NCBI GenBank assembly: GCA_043733425.1
Contig: JAYTGM010000131.1
Span: 1 to 37,918 of the forward strand
Length of the DNA: 37,918 nt
Origin: Terriglobia bacterium
Lineage (GTDB): Bacteria > Acidobacteriota > Terriglobia > Bryobacterales > Bryobacteraceae
Direction: 5' to 3'
Shown: positions 32,269-37,918 of the stretch, piece by piece
Layout of the letters: each line of letters opens with the position of its first letter
Position numbering within the stretch: the first letter of the stretch is position 1
Notes under the pieces: model-generated
Told to the model about the DNA's origin: nothing
Seen by the model: the letters and a program-made list of their open reading frames with translations, nothing else
Databases searched by the model: none
Translations under genes and position numbers: made by a program

Positions 32269-34722
32269 TTACTTCAAGCCCGCGTACTTTTCAATCAGCT
32301 TCTTTAACCCGTACCGCTGAAAATGAATGGTCAGTTTCGCATCCTCTCCATCACCTTCACGGCGCACAATGGTACCGGTGCCGTATTTGGGATGTTCCAC
32401 GATAGTCCCGGTGCGCGGCGCGGATTTCGCGCGCGCCGGAGCCGATGCGGCAGGCAGCTTTGGACTCGAAAGCGGAGGTGGAATGCGCACAGGCAAAGGC
32501 TGGCCCATGGGTAGCTGTTGTTGGGCATTCTGTGCCACGCGCGCCGCCGCGCTGGGTTGTAAAGTTTGCGGCGTTCTTGCGGGGGGCTGGGGCGAACGCG
32601 CTGGGGCAACAGGGGGGCGCGGCACACTCGATGGGGACATCTGCACTCCGCGATCCGAGAAAAACTGCGAAATGTTTTCGAGCGAGTTATACGTTTTGCC
32701 CGTAAACAAGTTCTTCTTCGCCCCAAAGCGCACGTCGTGGCGCTCTGCCGTGAGGTCCACCTGCGGACGGCTGTCTTCATCCTCCGGGCCCAAATTCACT
32801 ACCAGTTCTGCGGGCACCTCACGAAGGAATCGCGAAGGAACGCTGCGCTCCTGTTCACCGCCTCCAAAACGCCTGCGATACTTTGCCCAGGTGATGTAGA
32901 GCCGCTTTTCAGCACGGGTCATTCCCACATAACAGAGCCGGCGCTCTTCTTCCATTGCCGATTCCGAATTCACGCTGCGGCTATGCGGGAACAGGCCGTC
33001 TTCCAGCCCCGCTAAAAACACAAACGGGAATTCCAAACCTTTCGCGTTGTGAAGCGTGAGCAGAGTCACTTGCGAATCGCTTTCCACGGAATCGGCCTGA
33101 GCCACCAGCGCCGCATGATCCAGAAAATCGGCAACAGCTTCCCCGCGCTCCACAGCTTCCGCCGCCGCGTTGGCCAGTTCGTCCAGGTTTTCCAGGCGGC
33201 CTTGCGATTCAGGCGTATTTTCCTGCTCCAGCATCTTGCGGTACCCGGTGCGTTCTTCAATCAACTTGATAGTTTCATTGAGAGGAAGAAAGCTGGCCGC
33301 CTGCCGTAAATCTTCAATCAGATTGCGGAACGCCACCATCGCCGAATGCGCGCGCGTGCCAAACTGGTTCTCTTCAATCATGCGGCCCAGCGCATCGTAC
33401 ACACCCACTCCATTCGATTGCGCGAAAGCATCCAGTTGATCCACCGTAGTCTTTCCGATGCCGCGCGCCGGTGTGTTGATCACGCGCAACACTGCGATGG
33501 AATCGGTTGGCGACATGGCCACTTTTAAATAACTCAGGATGTCTTTCACTTCCGCGCGCTGGTAGTAACTGAAACCGCCCACCACCAGATACTTGCGCCC
33601 ATACCGCCGGAGCGCCTCTTCGATCTGGCGCGATTGCGAATTGGTGCGGTACAGAATCGCAACGCGCGCGTCGGGCTCCTGCCGCAGCAATTTCTGGATA
33701 GTATCGGCGATGAAGAGGGCCTCGTTCTCCGCGTCGTAGCCGCCATACATGCCGATCATTTCGCCCGCACCGGCTGCGGTCCACAGCCATTTGCCTTTTC
33801 GCTCTTTGTTGTTCGCAACCAGGGCACTGGCCGCTTCCAGGATATTTTTCGTGGAGCGATAATTTTGCTCCAACCGGATCACCTGAGCTTTTGGATAATC
33901 CTTCTCAAAATCAAGAATGTTGTGAATGTCCGCGCCGCGCCAACTATAAATCGATTGGTCCTCATCGCCCACCACGCATACGTTGTCATGTGCGCGGCTT
34001 AGTAAACGCATCAATTCATACTGAGTGTGGTTTGTGTCCTGATACTCGTCGATCATCAGGTAGCTCAAGCGCCGGTTCCAGGCATCGCGTGTATCGGCGT
34101 CGTGATACAGCAGCCTCACGGTTTCCAGCAGGAGATCATCGAAATCCATCGCGTTCGCCTGCCGTAAGCCCTTCTCGTATTCTTCGAAGAGCACCGCGAT
34201 CCGTGTCATTTTCGGATCGGTCGACTCGGTTTGCAATTCCACCGGAGTCTTCTTTTCGTTCTTCGCCTTGCTGATTACCGACATGGTTGCCCTATAAGGC
34301 AACTGCTTCTCATCAAGGCCTAAACGCTTGTAAGCCGCCTTGATAATCGCTAGCTGATCGTCATCGTCATAAATAGAAAAATTACGATTAAAACCGGGCC
34401 TGATTTGGGCAAGTGCGTCACCATCGCGCCGCAGTAATCGCACACAAAACGAATGAAATGTCGCTAGATTGGGGCCGCGCCCTATTTCAATTCCTTCAAG
34501 GAGCGATTGCACACGCGAACGCATCTCCGCCGCGGCTTTGTTCGTGAAAGTGACGGCGAGGATTGCGGAAGGGGGCACGCGCTTTGCTGCAATCAAATGA
34601 GCAATGCGGTGAGTAATCACGCGAGTCTTGCCGGATCCAGCACCGGCTAAAATTAACATCGGCCCTTCAGTCAGCGCAACGGCGTCATGCTGCTGCGGGT
34701 TCAGGCCTTTCAAAAAATCCAT
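32269..34722 (-). CDS. uvrD: ATP-dependent DNA helicase UvrD/PcrA
   Basis: LNPQQHDAV, AGAGSGKT, DEYQDTN, VGDEDQSIYSWRGA, the YRSTKNIL (motif IV), LHNAKGLEF and VGMTRA motifs are all present. There is a Pro-rich C-terminal tail. Confidence 0.95.
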   Translation of the reverse strand: MDFLKGLNPQQHDAVALTEGPMLILAGAGSGKTRVITHRIAHLIAAKRVPPSAILAVTFTNKAAAEMRSRVQSLLEGIEIGRGPNLATFHSFCVRLLRRDGDALAQIRPGFNRNFSIYDDDDQLAIIKAAYKRLGLDEKQLPYRATMSVISKAKNEKKTPVELQTESTDPKMTRIAVLFEEYEKGLRQANAMDFDDLLLETVRLLYHDADTRDAWNRRLSYLMIDEYQDTNHTQYELMRLLSRAHDNVCVVGDEDQSIYSWRGADIHNILDFEKDYPKAQVIRLEQNYRSTKNILEAASALVANNKERKGKWLWTAAGAGEMIGMYGGYDAENEALFIADTIQKLLRQEPDARVAILYRTNSQSRQIEEALRRYGRKYLVVGGFSYYQRAEVKDILSYLKVAMSPTDSIAVLRVINTPARGIGKTTVDQLDAFAQSNGVGVYDALGRMIEENQFGTRAHSAMVAFRNLIEDLRQAASFLPLNETIKLIEERTGYRKMLEQENTPESQGRLENLDELANAAAEAVERGEAVADFLDHAALVAQADSVESDSQVTLLTLHNAKGLEFPFVFLAGLEDGLFPHSRSVNSESAMEEERRLCYVGMTRAEKRLYITWAKYRRRFGGGEQERSVPSRFLREVPAELVVNLGPEDEDSRPQVDLTAERHDVRFGAKKNLFTGKTYNSLENISQFFSDRGVQMSPSSVPRPPVAPARSPQPPARTPQTLQPSAAARVAQNAQQQLPMGQPLPVRIPPPLSSPKLPAASAPARAKSAPRTGTIVEHPKYGTGTIVRREGDGEDAKLTIHFQRYGLKKLIEKYAGLK

Positions 34723-34813
34723 GGTGGGGTGAGAACTTGAATTTTAACATCCGCACCCGGAGATCCGCTCTAGTTGGCCATGAAACCACACTGCTAGAAA
34801 TTTTCCGGGCCGG

Positions 34814-34842
34814 AAAAAAAGGGCGAGATGTAAGCCTCGCCC
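34814..34842 (-). terminator. Rho-independent terminator of the Gfo/Idh/MocA gene
   Basis: On the - strand, GGGCGAG, an 8-nt loop and CTCGCCC (34842-34821) are followed by TTTTTTT (34820-34814). It starts 33 nt after the stop codon. Confidence 0.8.
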
Positions 34843-34874
34843 TTCTCACTTTTGGACCTTGGACCTTGCGGTTG

Positions 34875-36437
34875 TTAACCGATATTCCAACCCTTTCTAA
34901 CGGTCGGACGAATGAGCTTGTTGGCTTCCGCGTTGTTCGTGATCCGCATCTTCTCGCTATCCCATTCCAGCTTGCCTTCAAAACGAAGAGCCAGCACGCC
35001 TAACGTTACCCATTCCGTAAACGGTGCGGATACGCTGAAATTGGAACAAGCAGGGTCGCCTCCCTTAGCGGAACGGATCCAGTCACGATAGTGGCCCGGC
35101 GAACGCGTCAGGAACTCACGGGGAAATTCGTAGCCGCGCATTTTTTCAACGGGCAGCAGGCGTGTATTCTCGCCGTAGGTGCCGGTTGTGATCATTCCTT
35201 TATCGCCGACAAACAGACTTCCGTTGCTGCCCATGGAGATGCGCCGTGCAACTTCGTTATCCAATCTGGCATTGGAATCAGCGGCGCCCGAGGCCCTCTC
35301 TGTAGGATGGGTAACCGGAATTTCATCCGCCTTGTCGAAGTAACTTTGAGAGAAAACCTGCCCGATGACTTGAGAGTCTCGCGCCTCCTGCTGCGGGCCG
35401 GCCGGTCGGGGTCCAGCAGTCCTGCGCCGGGGCAAATCGCCCAGGATTTCGCCCTTCGGAACGCCCGGGATATCCGGCTGTTCCAGCAGGCCGTCGTACC
35501 AGAATATTTTCACTGGCGGCATGGCACCGCGCGCCGGAAAATCGAAGCGTATTACGCTTTTGGCCGGATAGTAATATTTGCTCTTGCCTTCCTGCTTCAA
35601 GCACTCGACGCTTGTGGGTGCGCCGAGCTTGAGCGCCATATTCGGAGCTCCTAGAATGTGGCAAGCCATGTCGCCCAAGGCACCGCAGCCAAAATCGAAA
35701 AAGCCACGCCAGGTGAACGGCAGGTACTTGTCGCTATACTCGCGTTGGTTTGCGACACCGAGCCAAAGGTCCCAAGCCAGCGTTCCGGGCACCGGTGAGG
35801 GTGCCGGCATATCAGGCAGACCTTGCGGCCACACCGGACGGTTCGTCCAAGCGTGCACTTCGGTCACGTTGCCAATGGCACCGGACCATACCATCTCCGC
35901 GCATTGGCGGGTACCTTCGTTCGAATAGCCCTGGTTGCCCATCTGTGTCGCGACCTTGTATTTGGCCGCGGCATCCTTCAGTTGGCGGTTTTCCCAAATG
36001 GTATGGGCCAGCGGCTTCTGCACGTACACGTGCTTTCCGCGCTCCATGCAGGCAAGGGCGGCGGCCGCATGCATGTGATCGGGAATCGTCACAATCACGG
36101 CGTCAATATTGTTCTGCTCTTGATCCAGCATCACCCGAAAGTCTTTGTACTTAGGGGCTTTATCGAATGCATCGAAGATCGGTTTGGCGCGCACGTCGTC
36201 TACGTCGCACAAAGCGACAATATTTTCCGTCTGAGCGCATGCGCGAATATCGCTGCCAGCTTTGCCGCCCGCTCCGATCGACGCAATGTTTAGTTTCTCG
36301 TTGGGAGATTTATACCCCAACATTTTTAGCGAGGCCTTGCTGCCGAAACCCGCCGCCGGCACAGCGCCTGCCAATAACGATCCGTAAAAGAAGTACCGCC
36401 GTGATATTCCGTTGTGTGCCACAGGAAGCTCCCGCAC
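34875..36437 (-). CDS. Gfo/Idh/MocA family oxidoreductase with a twin-arginine signal
   Basis: The Tat-like N-terminus is ISRRYFFYGSLLAGAVPAAG. The Rossmann motif is LNIASIGAGGKAGSD. KHVYVQKPL is also present. Confidence 0.85.
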   Translation of the reverse strand: MRELPVAHNGISRRYFFYGSLLAGAVPAAGFGSKASLKMLGYKSPNEKLNIASIGAGGKAGSDIRACAQTENIVALCDVDDVRAKPIFDAFDKAPKYKDFRVMLDQEQNNIDAVIVTIPDHMHAAAALACMERGKHVYVQKPLAHTIWENRQLKDAAAKYKVATQMGNQGYSNEGTRQCAEMVWSGAIGNVTEVHAWTNRPVWPQGLPDMPAPSPVPGTLAWDLWLGVANQREYSDKYLPFTWRGFFDFGCGALGDMACHILGAPNMALKLGAPTSVECLKQEGKSKYYYPAKSVIRFDFPARGAMPPVKIFWYDGLLEQPDIPGVPKGEILGDLPRRRTAGPRPAGPQQEARDSQVIGQVFSQSYFDKADEIPVTHPTERASGAADSNARLDNEVARRISMGSNGSLFVGDKGMITTGTYGENTRLLPVEKMRGYEFPREFLTRSPGHYRDWIRSAKGGDPACSNFSVSAPFTEWVTLGVLALRFEGKLEWDSEKMRITNNAEANKLIRPTVRKGWNIG

Positions 36438-36486
36438 GAATTATATAGCAACGGATCTTTTCCTGAACCGATTGCGTATAAATCAT

Positions 36487-36693
36487 ATGATGACCTTTAT
36501 ACTTTGGCTGCTGCTGTTTTTGTTCTCGTGGCCCTTGGCGCTGCTGGCTTTAGTGTTGTATCCGATCATATGGCTGGTGCTTTTGCCATTCCGGTTGCTC
36601 GGCGTTGCCGTAGGAGGGGTACTGTCCCTTGTATGGGCAATTCTTACCTTGCCATTACGGCTGCTGACACCCCATCAACAGGGCCCCCGCTGA
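36487..36693 (+). CDS. Small hydrophobic membrane protein (68 aa)
   Basis: MMTFILWLLLFLFSWPLALLALVLYPIIWLVLLPFRLLGVAVGGVLSLVWAILTLPLRLL predicts 2-3 TM helices. I prefer the ATG at 36487 to the track start at 36412. Confidence 0.5.
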   Translation: MMTFILWLLLFLFSWPLALLALVLYPIIWLVLLPFRLLGVAVGGVLSLVWAILTLPLRLLTPHQQGPR

Positions 36694-36826
36694 AGCGAAG
36701 CTGCTGGAAAAGTTACGGTGATTCCGGAATCAGGTATGCTGAACTATTAAATTCATAAAAAACGGCCAATCGCGCAACTTTCGGCGCTAGATGGGTTGGT
36801 TCAGAGAGAGTCCCCAAGAAGATAAC

Positions 36827-37558
36827 ATGCTAAGCGTCCTGTTTTTTAGCGATCAACCGGTACTGACTTTGGGTGTTACGCACATCTTAAAAGACGTGCC
36901 GGAGATGGTTCTGACTGGTACCTGCATAACTCCGGGCAGTCTGCTCGAAGCCCTTGTGTCAACCCAGCCTGACCTTGTCTTTCTGGATCTTACGCCTAAT
37001 TTCACACTTGATTTTCTAACCTCGATCCACAAGGCCGCTCCCCGCACCAAGCTTGTTCTTTGGGTTCATTTCATTTCAACGGAAATGGCATTACAGGCAA
37101 TGGGAGTTGGGGTTCGCGGAATCGTCAGCAAAACGCTTTCTCCCCAGGGCATAATCTCCAGTCTGGCCAAGGTTCATTCCGGCGAGCTCTGGTTTGAAAA
37201 AGCGCTTACGGATTCAATCCTGACTGCTCGACGCTATACACTCACGCGGCGTGAAGGCCAGATTGTAACGCTGGTGGCTCAGGGCCTGAAGAATAAAGAG
37301 TTAGGAATCGCTCTCAACATTTCCGAAGGAACCGTGAAGGTATATCTTTCGCGTCTTTTTAAGAAGCTGGGCCTGAAAGATCGCTTTGAACTGGCTCTTT
37401 TCGGATTGAAGAATCTGACTACTGCTTATGCGGCACCTGGTGGCCAAAAAAGTAACCGGCCAGCGCCATTAACTGAACATGGCCAAGACCCCCGATCATT
37501 CTTTGTGGAGCGCCAGCCCGTTTATGGTGCGGACCGTCCACGTCTAAAAGCGAATTAG
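36827..37558 (+). CDS. LuxR/NarL-family response regulator (atypical receiver)
   Basis: The receiver has FFSDQP (Ser replaces one acidic-pocket Asp), LVFLDL and IVSK. The LuxR HTH is LTRREGQIVTLVAQGLKNKELGIALNISEGTVKVYLSRLFKKLG. A C-terminal tail of about 45 aa follows. The track ORF starts at 36791. Confidence 0.85.
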   Translation: MLSVLFFSDQPVLTLGVTHILKDVPEMVLTGTCITPGSLLEALVSTQPDLVFLDLTPNFTLDFLTSIHKAAPRTKLVLWVHFISTEMALQAMGVGVRGIVSKTLSPQGIISSLAKVHSGELWFEKALTDSILTARRYTLTRREGQIVTLVAQGLKNKELGIALNISEGTVKVYLSRLFKKLGLKDRFELALFGLKNLTTAYAAPGGQKSNRPAPLTEHGQDPRSFFVERQPVYGADRPRLKAN

Positions 37559-37583
37559 CCAATGCACGCCTGCTGATAAAAGT

Positions 37584-37673
37584 TGGCGGAGGAAGAGGGA
37601 TTCGAACCCCCGGATGAGTTTCCCCATCAACGGTTTTCAAGACCGCCGCGTTAAACCGCTCTGCCATTCCTCC
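37584..37673 (-). tRNA. tRNA-Ser (anticodon UGA), CCA encoded
   Basis: The reverse strand reads GGAGGAATGGCAGAGCGGTTTAACGCGGCGGTCTTGAAAACCGTTGATGGGGAAACTCATCCGGGGGTTCGAATCCCTCTTCCTCCGCCA. The acceptor stem is 7 bp (GGAGGAA/TTCCTCC). The anticodon loop is CTTGAAA. It has a long variable arm and the T-loop TTCGAAT. Confidence 0.9.
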
Positions 37674-37918
37674 AGTCTTATCCTACCTGAGTTCATGTAC
37701 TTAGGCGGTGTGTCACACGACAATCAGGCCGAGTTTTGTTTCCTCGACACAAGGATCACAAATTGTCACGTTTTGGAAGCTACCGGTCGAGCCTTTGTTT
37801 CATGATTCGAACGCGCGTAGCGTAATTTGGAAGATGGTTCGCTGATGTTCCTTGGGGTTCCGGTTGACGAACCGGATGATGTACTGATCTATGGCCACTC
37901 GCTAGCTTTTAAGTATGT

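Noticed and set aside
34853-34866. Tandem GGACCTT GGACCTT near the Gfo/Idh/MocA stop codon
   Set aside because: It is a two-unit 7-mer with no further copies, so it is not a meaningful repeat array.
37805-37813. GATTCGAAC copy of the tRNA-Ser T-arm sequence 130 nt beyond the tRNA, as a possible att-site remnant of an integrated element
   Set aside because: Only 9 nt match, it lies on the 5' side of the tRNA, and no integrase or other mobile-element gene is visible. This is consistent with chance.
37845-37918. Open frame MFLGVPVDEPDDVLIYGHSLAFKY... running off the right edge
   Set aside because: Only 24 codons are visible and I recognise no motif. That is too little to call a gene.
1-37918. 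CRISPR arrays, IS elements, prophage or defence-island signatures
   Set aside because: I saw no regularly spaced repeats and no transposase, integrase or recombinase-like ORFs. I also saw no nuclease/ATPase gene pairs typical of defence systems. The gene content is flagellar and housekeeping throughout.

Overview
The window looks like a chromosomal segment from a moderately GC-rich Gram-negative soil bacterium. The gene content resembles Acidobacteriota, but that is only a guess. About two thirds of the window is a flagellar regulon split into two blocks. Block 1 (983-11402, + strand) is fliW-csrA-flagellin-fliD-orf91, followed by a tightly coupled flgB-flgC-fliE-fliF-fliG-fliH-fliI-fliJ string. 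Block 2 (18374-26621) holds a FleQ-like sigma-54 activator on the - strand, then fliA-flgM-flgN-like-flgK-flgL-fliM and motA-motB on the + strand. Between the blocks lie an S9 serine peptidase whose start overlaps fliJ, an SDR plus quinone-oxidoreductase pair, and priA. The right third carries a four-gene translationally coupled redox operon (SDR, renalase-like flavoenzyme, VOC protein, flavin amine oxidase). That operon converges on an amino-acid permease plus an SSAT-like GNAT acetyltransferase. Beyond these come uvrD/pcrA, a Tat-signal Gfo/Idh/MocA oxidoreductase, a small membrane protein, a LuxR-type response regulator and tRNA-Ser(UGA). I saw no rRNA, CRISPR array, transposase or integrase. 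The best-supported non-CDS signals are two near-consensus sigma-28 promoters, one of which is embedded inside the csrA reading frame, and two rho-independent terminators. The most interesting candidates are the csrA/flagellin promoter-leader overlap, the peptidase coupled to the flagellar export operon, a possible polyamine acetylation/oxidation module, and a Lys/Arg-rich 41-codon upstream ORF ahead of the permease. Many flagellar genes (flgD/E/F/G/H/I, fliK, fliN, fliPQR, flhAB, fliS) are not in this window. All functional calls rest on motif recognition by eye; no database search was run.
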